Shown one piece after another: positions 1 to 12,163 of a stretch of DNA of 64,000 bases (positions are counted from its first letter, which is position 1; each line of letters opens with the position of its first letter). This DNA comes from Lama guanicoe (Eukaryota): contig MU057342.1 in the NCBI GenBank assembly GCA_013239625.1, positions 2,604,335-2,668,334 of the forward strand, given 5' to 3'. Under the pieces are notes generated by a model. That model saw only the letters and a program-made list of their open reading frames with translations, ran no database searches and was not told where the DNA came from. The position numbers and the translations under genes are program-made.

Positions 1-843
1 CCCAGGCTAGACAGCACTTATGAGAGCAAGAACCTCATTTATCTTCTCTGATGTCTGGGTCACCCGGAGCATCTCGAGTACCTTTGATGAATTAGAATAA
101 GAACCCCTTTTCAGGCAGGTGCATGGCTTGGCCACTGGACAGCACCTGTGTGTGAATAAGATGCTTCCACTGGGAGACACAGCCCCGAGTCAGAGCACAG
201 GCCTGGTGAGGGGAGTCCAGGCTTGGTTCAGCCCCGACGCATCCCCTCGGCCGGGCACAAACAGCATTGCTGGCCCTGACTACTGTCTCCCAGGATATAG
301 TAGGTGTTCAATAAGAGTTGGCCAAGTGCAAGACTTCTTCATGACTCAAAACAGGCATTCCTGTTGAGGGACACAAACAAATGAGGAGGCAAGTGAACAG
401 CAAGAGGATGTCCAAGAGGAGTATGTAAGAGGAGTATCTACCAGAACTTCTCAACCTTCGGGAGGCTGAGTGGGGCCTGCGCCAGTCAGGCCCTTCCCCA
501 GGCCTTGGCCAGTTACCTCTGGCATTACTCAGCTCTGTCCAGGGCTCCTTCAAGAATTATCCCAGAAAAGTGGAGTCTAACAGTAAGGCCTAGGGTCCCC
601 AAAGACTAAGAGAAGCATAAGTAACTTCTAGAATCATTGCACATTAAGCCTAGTCAAAGAGGCACTCTGTTACCCAGGTATCTACTATAGAAGCCCACGG
701 CAAGGAGTGCCTTTGTGGACAAACGGGCTCATGGACCATGACTAGTGGGCCAGGGTGCAGCCTGTCAGGACCAGAGGCAAGATAGAACATGGCACTGAGA
801 GCCGGAGGTGGCTCAGCCTGCTGGCTGAAACAGAGACCACTGG

Positions 844-880
844 TGCGTGCGTGCGTGTGTGTGTGTGTGTGTGCGTGTGT
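844..880. repeat. (TG)n/(TGCG)n microsatellite
   Basis: gtgcgtgcgtgcgtgtgtgtgtgtgtgtgtgcgtgtgt read directly. Confidence 0.95.
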
Positions 881-889
881 AGGTTTCAG

Positions 890-1930
890 AGTGGCTAGGA
901 ATTAAATTAGAGAGGCAAGTAAGGGCCAGATAATTAAGGGGTTTTAAAACCATGCTAAAGGCTTACCTTTTTCTAGAAGGAAGGGGAAGGGGACATGTAA
1001 GCAAGGAGGATACAGTGTCCAATTTGTATGTTAGAAAGACCATTCCAGTTGCAGTATGGAATCGGACTGGAGGAAGAGAAGATGGGAGGGAGGGAAGATA
1101 AGGGGGTTGGAGGGATATAACAGGGTGGTGACCAATCGGGGAGCTGAGGTAACCTAGGCAGGTGACACTAGTGGTCTGAACTTGAATGGTGGCAGTGGAG
1201 ATGGAGAAAATGGGATGGGTTTGGAAAATGTTGAGAAAATAGAATCTACAGGACTTGGTGGTAAACTGGATATAAACAGAGGAGGAGAGGAGGAAAAATG
1301 ACTTCTGGCTTGGGTGGAAGAAGACGGATGGCTTTTGGCACGAGCAACTGGGTGGATCGTGATGCCACTCACAAAAACAGGGCGGACCAGAGGAGAAGCA
1401 GGTTTGGCAGATGGCGATGCGCTCGGCTTTTCCCTGTTGGAAGGAGACGTCTATGGGACAGCCAAGTGAACATATCTAAGAGGGCTGGAGTTCAGAAGAG
1501 AGATCTGGGTGGGAGATTTAGAACTGGAAGCCCCAACATACAGATGCCGACTGCAGCCACTATAGCAGGTGGCACAACATAGGATGGGTGTTTGGAGGAA
1601 GGAAAGGAGGCCTTCGACAGAACCCCTGAGGAGCATCAACATTTAAGGGCTGAGAAGAAGAGGAGAGTAAGTAGAGACCAGAGATATAAGAGAGAAACCG
1701 TGAGATGGGGGACATGAAAGGTGAGACAAGAAAGATTTTAAAAGGGAGAAGTGGTCAACTGTATCAGAAGCTACTCAAACGAGATAAGCATGAGGAGGAA
1801 CGACTGCTTCAGCAACAGGGGCTTTGTGATGACTCTGCAGTGGGGTGTGGGCAGAAGCCACAGTTATGTAAGATGAAGGGCGAATGGAAGCTAGGAAAAC
1901 AGAACTTGTGAGTATAAACAACCCTCTTGG
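890..1930 (-). mobile_element. LINE-2 (L2) fragment, about 1 kb, antisense
   Basis: Purine-rich run with typical antisense L2 words: gttagaaagaccattccagttgcagtatgga, ggtggcagtggagatggagaaaa, atagaatctacaggacttggt, gggctggagttcagaagagagatctggg, gaacccctgaggagcatcaacatttaaggg. Confidence 0.85.
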
Positions 1931-2397
1931 GAGGTGCGGCAGTGACACGGAAGCGGACATCTCTTTCCAATAAAGGGGGACGAGGATCAAGACGTAGGAG
2001 CTCTCCTTTGGATGCCACTGTCATTACCTCTTGCCAAACCACTCGCCCATGTCCCTGCTGTCCCTTTCTCTCAGGACCTTCTCCCTACTTCTGGGGCCTA
2101 AGTTTCTACAAAGTGCAGGTTCCTCCCAGCGTGAAGGAGCAGCTTTCCTAGTGGATAATTTCTTCCCTTATCAATCACACACTTCTCCCTCTGCTATTTC
2201 TTTAGAGACAACACCATACCCACTACTGCCATTCAGCCTGGAAGCCTCTCTTGTCTCCCCTGCCAACCCCCCCAGCCCCCCCACCCACCCACCAATATTC
2301 TCCCTTCCAGATTTCCCTTCCAGAATTTGCCTGCCTTTTTATAAATTCTTTTCATCAGAGGAATGTTTTCCTGGCTTTCCTCCAGAAGCCCTTTTGG

Positions 2398-2690
2398 GCA
2401 TTCATTTATTCATCTAACAAATATTTACCTAGAGCTTACAGCCTACTTGGCACAAAATATTGCACTAGGCACTGGTGTGGATATAAAGGCAGGATGCAGA
2501 CTCTAATCACAAGAAATCAGTCAGGAGATGAAATAAAGACATCAGCTCATTCATTCACTCAACAAGCACTGCCTGCTGGGCATCCGGCTCCTGGCCACAC
2601 GTGCACGTAACAAAAACATAAGGTAGAAAGTGCCATGTTATATAGCAAGGTTAGACAGGAAGGTGCTGTTAACATGGAGAGGAAAGAGAG
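2398..2690 (-). mobile_element. L2 3' end fragment(s)
   Basis: cattcatttattcatctaacaaatattt...ctaggcactgg and cattcattcactcaacaagcac resemble the reverse-complemented L2 tail. Confidence 0.6.
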
Positions 2691-3439
2691 TCTTGTACTC
2701 AGTTATTTCTTGATAATTACTCTTTTATTCATCTCTTTCCTGAAAGAGATGTCTTCTTTCCTGGAGAAGACAGTTTAGGTATATCTCCAGCCAGCTTTCT
2801 ACTCTTGCCATTTAGAAAAGCCATTTTCTTCCCCTATGATAATAATATCTTTCTGTGTGTCTTGAGCTTACGGTGGGTATTTGTATCTTCAGATATATGG
2901 TGGTAGTGGCGGTGACAGACTAAATGCTCATGAAAGCAGCTCATAAATCATAGCCCTGCCATTGGAAAGAAAGATTTTTTTTTTGCCCATATTACATTGA
3001 GAGTCAAGTAGAGGAAGTCTAAATGCAGAGACAGAAGAGGAAGTGAGGTCTTCTACCAAGAGTGGAAAGGAATTTTAAGTGCACGGTAGATTCTAGATTC
3101 TGGGGTAGGTCCCTTATATGCATTACCTCTAATCTTTACAATTTTCCTGAATCACCTCTCCACACATTCACCCATCTCTCCACTTATCCACTTATCCATC
3201 TATCCACCCACCCAACCATCCACCTTTCAGCAAATAATGACCTGCTAAATAGCATGACAAAGACATAACCGTGAGCAAGGCAAACCCAGTATCTGCTTTC
3301 AGAGTGCCTTCAGTCCAGCAATAAAGGCAAACAAACACTTAAAAAGTCATTACAATAAACTAGGGAAACTGTTATGACAGACAAAGTTCACGGGTCCTAT
3401 GAAAGCATATAGCGGGGCTCCTGTAAGGTATTTTTATCT

Positions 3440-3560
3440 CCTAGCAATAAGGAAGCTGAAGCTCAAAGAGACTAAATCATTTGCCCCAGATCACACAGTG
3501 GAAAAGAAGAATTCAAATCCAGGCCTGTCTTGCTTCAGAGCCAACTGATTTTTCTCCCCA
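3440..3560 (-). mobile_element. MIR SINE fragment
   Basis: aataaggaagctgaagctcaaagagactaaatcatttgccccagatcacacag...attcaaatccaggcctgtct matches the MIR core. Confidence 0.75.
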
Positions 3561-3783
3561 TGGCCCTAGTCCCATAGGAGAATCAGCAATGCAGAAGCTA
3601 AAATGAAGTATTTTAGCAGAAGCTAAAATTTCAGCTCTATCTTATTTCTCTTCTGCTTCAGTGATATTACATGGCTTGAACATTGTGGCAAGCAGGACCA
3701 GAGAAGCAGGAAAACTTAGGACCGTATTCAATTTTCTGCCATTTCTTTTTGAATAAAAAAAGTGAAATCTTATTGACTGAAAT

Positions 3784-3872
3784 CCCCTCCCTCTCTCTTT
3801 TCTCCTCTCCTCCCCTCCTCCCTCCCTCCAGTCTCCCTCCCTGAGTCCGTCCCTGTTCTTCTTCCTCCCTCT
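3784..3872. repeat. CT-rich polypyrimidine low-complexity tract
   Basis: cccctccctctctcttttctcctctcctcccctcctcc... Confidence 0.85.
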
Positions 3873-6069
3873 ATGTATCGGACTCTACGTGTGACACTCC
3901 CCCAAGTTCTTTATCAACAGAAATATTCAGCCCATGCCCGGGCCTGGCTTATCAACAACCAGACTGGAAACAAATGGGCCCTCTGGTTTAGCACAGCCAT
4001 TCCTCACAGCTGGTCCAGTTCATAGAGTCGGCACGGTTAACAGAGTTGTGGAGATTGATACCGAGAAAGGACGTGTCAGCAGCCGCTCACTCTGGCCAGT
4101 CTGCCAGGTCATGGTTGGTGTCAAAGGCTGAAAACAGAACCAGCCACAGCGGAACATGCCCTTCAGAGGGCCGCTGGCTATGCTCCCGCCTGTGAAGGAG
4201 AGAACTAGCCCGGAAAATGGAAAATTTAGAGAATTCTTGCAATGGGCATCTCAAAGCAAGGGCAGAGAACTGTGCTCTCGTCAGTGACTCTGGGAGTTTC
4301 TAGCCCTGGCTCCACTCAGTTTACTGGGCCAACCCTGACCCAGATGGGCCTGTTTTCTCATCCATAAGACAGGGATTGGGCTGGATGCCCTCTGAGAGCT
4401 CTCCCGGCGGGCAGCTCCCGAACTCCTTAAATTATCAGTGCAGCAGAGCAGCTGCAACCTTCCCACTGCCGCGTTCTCTGCTCAGAGCTGCTCCGCGTGA
4501 CCTGGAGGTGAAAAGGCAGAAGGCCGATGCCAGCAATCCTGGTGAAGCCATCCTTCCTCAGCTGATGGAACAGGTGACCCCCTTACCTGCCACGGAATAA
4601 CTGACTTGCCTCATAGATGCAGTGAGAATTAGTCAAAGTGAGTATGTGCATTATGTCCAAATACACTCCACTCCTGGCCTGTGAAGCACACCCAGTAAGT
4701 GAATTCCTGGCCTCTATCTGGGCCTACATGGAGTCCAGGGGAGAGGGAAGCCATTTATCTCCTGGCTTATGCCAGTCCTTGGGAGCGGGGCCCTGGCTGT
4801 CCAGCTCTGCTGCCCCTGGGGGACAGGTAAGCCTGCTTAATTCTGGGATTCGATAGTATGCAAGTCCACCTCGCTGACCACTCTCCTGCCTGCCCTTAGT
4901 GATACGGGTGACATTTTAGCCTATGCCTGCTTTATTTTGTTTGATTTTTGTTCATGTTTAGAACAGGACTGCTAACTATGGGGGTGGGGGGTGGTTCTAA
5001 GCAACCCCCAGCAGAAGGCAGCTTCCATTTTTCTAATGGGCAGGTCCTCCACAAAAAGACTGTGAATATATAAACTTTTAGAGATAATGAAATTATCAGG
5101 TATCTACTCATGCTATTTAATTCTTTAATTCAGTTATACATATGTAATAGAACCATGTATAAAATAATACACAAATTTAGAGATAGTGCTTTCATTAACT
5201 CATATTTCATAGGACAACTTTATGTAAATTCTCTATGTATCTCTTTGGCACTTTTGAGTCATCGAAGACATTTTTTTCTCAGAGCACATCATACTCACTT
5301 CTTCCTTATACTTTTCAGGGTAAAAAACTTAAAGGTCCATGTGCAATGGTGCCACTGGACATCTCCCCTGGCCCCAGCCATGGAATCACATCACATGAGG
5401 GCAGCTGGCTGTTCACTCATCCTGTGGGTGGTCTTCACAACATAACCACTGGTTATAATGCTTTTTCAAAAATTCATTTATGGAAAACCTTGACAGTGCT
5501 AAAAGGAATGAGGTGGCTGATACAGAAAGCTCTCCAAGATGTTAAATTTTAAAAGCAAGCTACAGCCAGCTCAGTGTTTACAGAGCACAAAGCAGCTCTG
5601 GAAGAAACTGCCAGGCTTGAACATATGTCTGGGGAGGAGGAGACCTGGGGACGGCAGGTCAGGAGAGGCTGGGAGACTAGGTTTTCACTGTACATCCTTT
5701 TATATCATTTGAAATAAAAAGAAAAAGAAAAAATATTTAAAAGAGTTGTTTACAATTACATTTAACACTCGTAATTGTGACTATATCTGAGTTAAAGTTC
5801 TTAGCCTCCTTTTGAAAAAGAATTTCATTAAGTAACCCCTACAAGAAGGCAAAACTATCACTGATTAAGGTAATTTCAGGTCTACTTTGTCTCTTCTAGA
5901 AAGCAGCTGGGGGCCCAAAATAAAGTAACTGAGAGAGAAACGCAACTACATGAGAGATTTTGTATAAATAAAATGTTAAGATGACATCTTCTTTCTGAAA
6001 AATCATCTGGAGCATATATCATAAATACAGACAGATATTTTCCCCTCTATTGACAGATGTTTATTACAT

Positions 6070-6390
6070 GATGTTAGGTGTTTCAGGTGCAGTCTTATTT
6101 AGTATTTATAACAAGCTTATAAAATGGAGATTATTAGTCCCATTATACAGGTGAGTAAACTGAGGAATAATGAAGTTGCCCAGAGTCACAAAGTTAATAG
6201 ATAGTAAAGCTGAATATTCAAATTTAGGTCTATCCAACTCTGAAAATCATGCTTTTTCCATGATAAAATCCTGCCTCTCCCACTGAGCCCTGCCATATTA
6301 TGGGACTTAATACATATCATCACACAGGATCTTCCAACAGCACTGTGAGGTGGGTAGTATTATCCCATTTTACAGATATGGAACCTTACC
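6070..6390 (-). mobile_element. MIR plus a second MIR fragment
   Basis: cccattatacaggtgagtaaactgagg...gttgcccagagtcaca; cactgtgaggtgggtagtattatcccattttacagatatggaa. Confidence 0.8.
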
Positions 6391-6849
6391 CCAAAGTTGG
6401 CCAACTCGTTTGTACCCTGTAAAAATAATACCATATATACCCAACGGTCATCTTGGGAAGAATAACCTGTCATATTTTATTATAATTCATTAAATACATT
6501 TGCTTCACTGTGTTAAACTTCTTTACTTAGATCTAAGATTGTGTTCATTCTGTCTTCATCTATAACCAACCTAAACCTCACCTATCACTGTCAGCCAAGT
6601 AAAAATAGATGAGGCCCAGTTGGATTGTCTAGTGGGGCTGTAGTTGGTTCTAATATTTGAAACCTCCTAAAAACCAGAGCCTCAAGTTTTGCTTTGCTTC
6701 TGGGTTTCAGTGCTTTGCGGTTTCTTATCACTTACTTTACAAATAACCTGTTACAGAGAAAATATGTCTAAAGATCACAAACACACACATGAGCAACACT
6801 GCAGACACCTCACCCACTGCACCACAAAGCAACAAAAACAGCACAGGAA

Positions 6850-7560
6850 GCGCAACTGCGATGTACAGGAAGGAGAAACAGAGCAGAGACAGTCAGAGCA
6901 AGCCTTCACGAGCTGCAAGACGCTGATTTAGAGCTCAGTGTTCAACTTGGCATTAGCGTGTTATCTATCGCTTGGATGCTGCATGTTCGAACAAATGTAC
7001 GCAGGAAGGAAAGCCTTCCTGTCACCGTGGCAGGATGGGTGACAGCATCAGTGGGTCTATAATTAAAGGGTTAAGAATGAGGCAAACAACCAGCGGCCCA
7101 ATGATTTCTGGAAGAGAAAGTATTTACATTACATAACAGAGCAAGAAGAATAGACCCCCCTCCCCGTCCCCCGCTGTTATCTTAGTGTCGCCTGCCTTCA
7201 CGGCACTTGGGACAGCTGTCCTGCGTGCTGGCGGGAGAGTCATATCCTCTTGCTGTTTGCACAGTGGCACATTTGTCTTCCTAATCGCGGTGTGTGAAAG
7301 TTCCTGCTTCCACAACCAGAATCAGAAACCAAATGTTAAAACAAATCTTTCCTTAATATTATCCTCCTGTCTGAAGCTGTTTGCACTTGTAACCTCTGTT
7401 TACCTACTTTCAGTGGCATGATTGTAAGGAACAGTGTATTTACACACCTGTGCCTTTATAAAAGATCATCTGTCAATTTCCTAATTTGTCCAGATAACAC
7501 ATATTTACCTGTCACTCTGTTGCGGCGCTCACGTTAGACGCCCGCACACACAGATCAGTA
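6850..7560. promoter_or_regulatory. Candidate enhancer / conserved non-coding element (forkhead + MEIS cluster)
   Basis: No recognisable repeat; more than 20 CpGs; seven TRTTTRC forkhead cores (7082 rev, 7121, 7254, 7378, 7397, 7437, 7502); four TGACAG/CTGTCA (7019, 7040, 7470, 7509); TGATTTA at 6924. Confidence 0.55.
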
Positions 7561-8524
7561 AGGAAGTTCTTTCCCTCAGGCAGCTCCCACTTCCATAGGA
7601 AACAGAATTGAATGGTGTCTATGGAAGGCGTGTGTGCAACTGCCATGGGTGCCCCAGGCAGGAACCAGGTCCCTGGCAGGGGTGAGTGGGAAGGATGAGG
7701 AAGACTTCACAGAGATGACACTGGAGCTGGGCAGAGAAGGATGAGTAGGCGTTTGCTGGGCTCTGCATTTTGGCGAGGGGGAGGAAGATGGAGGCACAAG
7801 GGAGGATTGGGACATTGGTTTCACTTCCAGCATTCTGAGAAGGAAGGGAACTTCTCGGTTTGTACACTGAGTGTTTCTGAGAAAGGAGCATTTCCTCACA
7901 AAGGCTAGATCATCATTTCCACTGGGAGCCTGTGCCTTAACAAAGCCATCTTTCCCTGCCTGTGATGAATGCATAGGCAAATACAAGAGGGACAGGCACG
8001 ACTGCTTGCAACCTCTCAAGGGGCAAGGAGAGGGTTACAGGGAAATTCCTCGAGGTCAACCTGCCATCTCACCTTCTCTTCTAAACATGTGGCCTATTAA
8101 TGCTTCCTGCTCTGCACAGAGCCCCCATCGTGATTACTCCCAGTGAGTGTCCTCTGGCTTTAGTTGGAATGAAAGTAAGGTGTGAATCCAATGGAAAGCC
8201 ACCCTAGTGTCCCCCAAACCCCAGTACTCCCCTGCACTTGACTCCAGCACCTCCCAAAGCAGAGGTCTGTACACACCAGGTGCTCAATAAATGTTTGTTT
8301 AATTGACCAACTGAGTCACCGCTATCAAAGTAGAGGAAAAAAGTCACATTTTCCTCAGGAATGTCTACTCCAGCCATCAGTACTGCATTTTCTGTGCAAG
8401 GTTCATCTTCAAAGCTCACAGTGTCCACGTGGCCAGTCACAAGCTGGCTGACAGGATTAAAAAGGAAAAGAACTACTGAGCACACTGGAAGTCTCCTCCA
8501 GCCAGGGTGTGCAGAGTGCCTTAC

Positions 8525-8581
8525 CTGACATACGTAAACTCTGATACCAATCGATCAATAACTAGTGCAGCCAGGGTCTGG
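8525..8581 (-). other. Candidate 57-nt (or 66-nt) cassette exon
   Basis: Minus strand: branch-like ctaat (8640-8636), long pyrimidine tract, ttctgacag|CCAGACC...TATGTCAG|gtaagg; one open frame (QTLAALVIDRLVSEFTYV). Confidence 0.25.
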
Positions 8582-10619
8582 CTGTCAGAACTCAAAAACC
8601 AGAAAAGGGAAAAGCAAAGAAAGCAACCAGAAATGATTAGATCTGGGGCCTCTGAATAACACAGTGAAAGGTCCTTTGTTTCCAGCATCTGAGTCTAAGC
8701 ACTTAATGGGAGCTCCCCAGGGCTTCATACCCTCCAGCAGGAAGTGGGTGTCCTCTGGGCACTAAAAGACCACTTACACTGAACCAGTAATAATTTCCTG
8801 GGTCAAGAGGCTCAGCCTTGAGCAGGAGCTGTTTGTAGGTTTTTCATATGCAACCTTTAGCTGTTTAGGTATTGGTTCTATTTTCAGAATTCATTTGTCA
8901 CACTGTAATGGGCTTTCTTCGAGTGCCCACCCTAGTGACAGAGGATGCTGGAGGGACTCCATTGTTCCACTCCTGTGAGCGCCACTGCACTGAATAGATG
9001 GTTCTGCAAGGCAGGCACACTCTGATCCTGACCACCACTGAGATTTTTTTAATATGGAATTGTAGATGTCGTTCTAAATGCATTTTTATAATACCAGTAT
9101 CTTCAAAGCTTTTCCACTAAAATATTCTAAATGTATCCACTGATTAAGATAACTTCTCTCTCACACATAGTAAATGACTCAAGGTTTCAGGGTACACAGT
9201 TGCCCTACCCCACGCGTGAGCTTCCTGTATACACCCAGAAGGGTATTTCTGCATCTGACTTTCTCACTCCAGTCTAGTCCTTTGACCCTAATCCTTACCC
9301 TTAGGGGACAAAGATGTGACAGGCATGGAATCTGATGGACATTTTCTAAACAGAATTTCTTTTTAAATAGAATTACAAGAAGACTGTTTCTGATTCCTCA
9401 CCATCATAGCTTTGTGCTGTCAAATTGCCACAACTCCATCAGCCAAAATTTTCTACATTCATCTTGTGTGGTCAATCAGTAACAATGCAATTGAATTTAT
9501 TTATCATATGGCTCTTTAGATGTGTTTTAATCTTTTCTTACAGCAGGGTGGTCAAATCTACTGATTGTTAAAGGCCAGGTAATCTTCAAAATGTCGAGGA
9601 CTGCCAGCCCCAGAGCACAGTGTACTTTTTATTATCATCTGGTCCTTTCTCACTGGCTCACACACTCATCTCGTCCCTGACTCTTAGCCATTACTGCTGA
9701 AAACCCAGAGATTATGGCTACAATAGGCCCTGTCTCTGCAGCCACTGGCTCACGGGTGGGTAGGGAGAAGGGATTGGGACGGGCGTGGGGCACATAAATT
9801 GGAAAACCAGAAAGAAGTCCAGGAACTAGAGAAGAAATCAGCCAGGAAAATGCTAGCAGTAGGAACAGAACATGTTCAATATGAAACCATGCCCTGATTT
9901 TAGAGCAGAAATTTGCCCTTATTCCCAAGGCTGCCAGTGCCTTTATGTTCACCCAGCTTGCTCCCAGTTTTTATTTTTAAAACAATACAAATATAAGGGA
10001 AAGTCAGCTAACTCAGAGGACTCAACTCCATCCTTAGATTCTTTTATTGGATCCATTTTTCTCAAGAGACCCCAACTTCTTCTTGGTCTGTTCTTAGCTG
10101 TGTGTATCTCTCCCACTCACTGAGTCATCTCTTCTCCTAAGAGTGGTCATTTTCTCAGAATAAGATTCTGAGCAGGGCCCTGTGAATCCTTTCACAGCAA
10201 CCTCAACATGAAGATATGGAGGCTGTGGGCTCAGAAGCTGTCAGGACCGAGAGTGGGACGCAGGTGAAGAATGTGAATGCACACCCGGGTGTGCCTCCCC
10301 CGTTTTGCTGTTGCTCTCTGCCTTTCCCAACCCAGCCCTGACCTCCTGGGAACCTAGCACACATCCTTCTTCACTTAGTTTCTCTGCTTCCTACCTCCAA
10401 GTCCCACAGGCTCCAACCATCTGAGAGATAAGCAAGGCCTTCACTGAGCTCTAAGCAGGGAAGAGAGAGTGGGTGTTTCTCATCTGATTGCAGCCCAGGC
10501 TCCCTTTTAATAAACATGCCTCACCCACATTCTGACTCCTGTTGCAGAAGGAAGGACATCTTCCGGGACAGGACCACGAGCCAAGACTAAGCCTTCTTCT
10601 TTGTAATCTGGATTAGCAG

Positions 10620-10870
10620 CTAGCTATCCAAACTGTATTTCCTGAGTGCTGACGATGTCCCAAGCCAAGAATCTTACAATTATCTTTATACTTCAGCCTC
10701 CCAAGAACCCCACGAATAGGCAGGATCACCATCCCTACTTTTAAAATGTGCCAAAAGAGCCTCAGAGAGAAATTTGCCCTAGGTGGCCCAGCTGGTAAGA
10801 GGCCCAGCTGGGGTCACACCTGGATAGTCCCACTCACGTGCGGGTGTTCCTAACCATTACTCCATGCGGC
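10620..10870 (-). mobile_element. MIR SINE
   Basis: ctgagtgctgacgatgtcccaagc...cttcagcctcccaagaaccccacgaataggcaggatcaccatccctactttt...ttgccctaggtggcccagctggtaagaggc. Confidence 0.65.
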
Positions 10871-11029
10871 TGTTCATTTTTTCCTTTTTATGGGTATACG
10901 TCGTATTGTACTATTCATGACTTTTTTCAGGTCATACAAGCCAACCTCCACCCCAATTCTGATTTCATCCATCCCTTGCACCCCTATCTCACAGCCAAGC
11001 CAATGAAAACTCACTGTGTTGGTATCCCT

Positions 11030-11525
11030 AAGTCTGAAGAGAAGAACTGACTCTCTAACAGAAGTGATCTCTGCTTCTCCCAGGGGTCCCCCCTGTGCGT
11101 GTGCAGGGGGGAGGTAATAAGAGCTGCATTCCTTAGACTCCCTTGCCTCCGGCTTCCAATTGGATTCAGCCAATGGGAAGCTTAGGCAGGAAACGTGGAG
11201 GAGGCAGGAGAGAGTTGCTGGGGTATTTATTCTGGTTCTCTCCCTGCTCTGGGGCTGCCGTGTAGGCAGCAGACCCTCACGGATACTACCGTCCAGACTC
11301 CTCCCCTGTGGCCCCAGCCGTCTCCAGGCTCCAGGAGTAACACGGTTTCCTCCTGTTGCCCCTTCAGGCCTGGGAGTGGTCATGGCTTCCCACTGCCGAC
11401 CACCCCTGGGTGCTTCAGAATCTCTGGTTCCCTTGGCCTGTCTATACCTCTGTAATTAAGCCCTTCATCAGCTTCTCTTCAACACTGCAGCTGCGTGTGC
11501 CTTTGGCCAGGACCCGCCCAGACAG
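11030..11525 (+). mobile_element. LTR33-like ERVL solo LTR
   Basis: ccttgcctccggcttccaattggattcagccaatgggaag...caggagagagttgctggggtatttatt...ccttcaggcctgggagtggtcatggcttccc...cccttcatcagcttctcttcaa follows the LTR33 consensus order. Confidence 0.8.
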
Positions 11526-12144
11526 CGAGATCCTTTAGCATCCCCCTAGACCACAGCAAGGGCAAAAACAGCCTGGAACAAGACAAAGGTCATTTATTTT
11601 TGTAGGGATTTTGGTATCACTTTTTATAAACTGAGTCAAATATGTTGCCCAAAGGTGAGGAGGGAGCCTGGATATCCTTCTAGTTTCCATGGCTCTGCCT
11701 CTGTTACACACAACGTAGGGAGAATTTCAAGCCCACAAGCTGAAACAGCAAATTTACCTCCAACTGCAACATTTAAATGTTGGTGGGTCAAATTTGGGAT
11801 ATGAATAAACATTTACCCTTGCTACATACTGTATAATTTCACGTCTGTAAGGAACTTTCCGTGCCAAACCATGCACTACTCCCAAATTGACCTGATGCAA
11901 GGAAGCCCTCATCTGAGCTCTGGGTTTTTCTAAAAATAAAAATGATAAGAACATCACCCACACCCCCTCCTTTACTCTTTAGTGATGGATTCTGAGCATA
12001 AGCAAGGCCTCCAAGTTTGGTGGGCTATTTTTCTTTTCTTCATATGAAATGCATGCCCAAACCTGCAATTATGGGGGTTTCTAAGAATTTTAATGATATG
12101 TCCTAGATACTAATTCGATTCCTTTGTTTTTCATACACATAGAA

Positions 12145-12163
12145 ACACACACACACACACACA
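12145..12163. repeat. (CA)n microsatellite
   Basis: acacacacacacacacaca. Confidence 0.9.

Noticed and set aside
4090-4145. Acceptor followed by AFDTNHD (EF-hand-like)
   Set aside because: The frame stops within a few codons and the EF-hand loop is incomplete.
10874-11459. Longest ORF (169 aa) and overlapping ORFs
   Set aside because: Lie mostly in the LTR33-like element; chance open frames.
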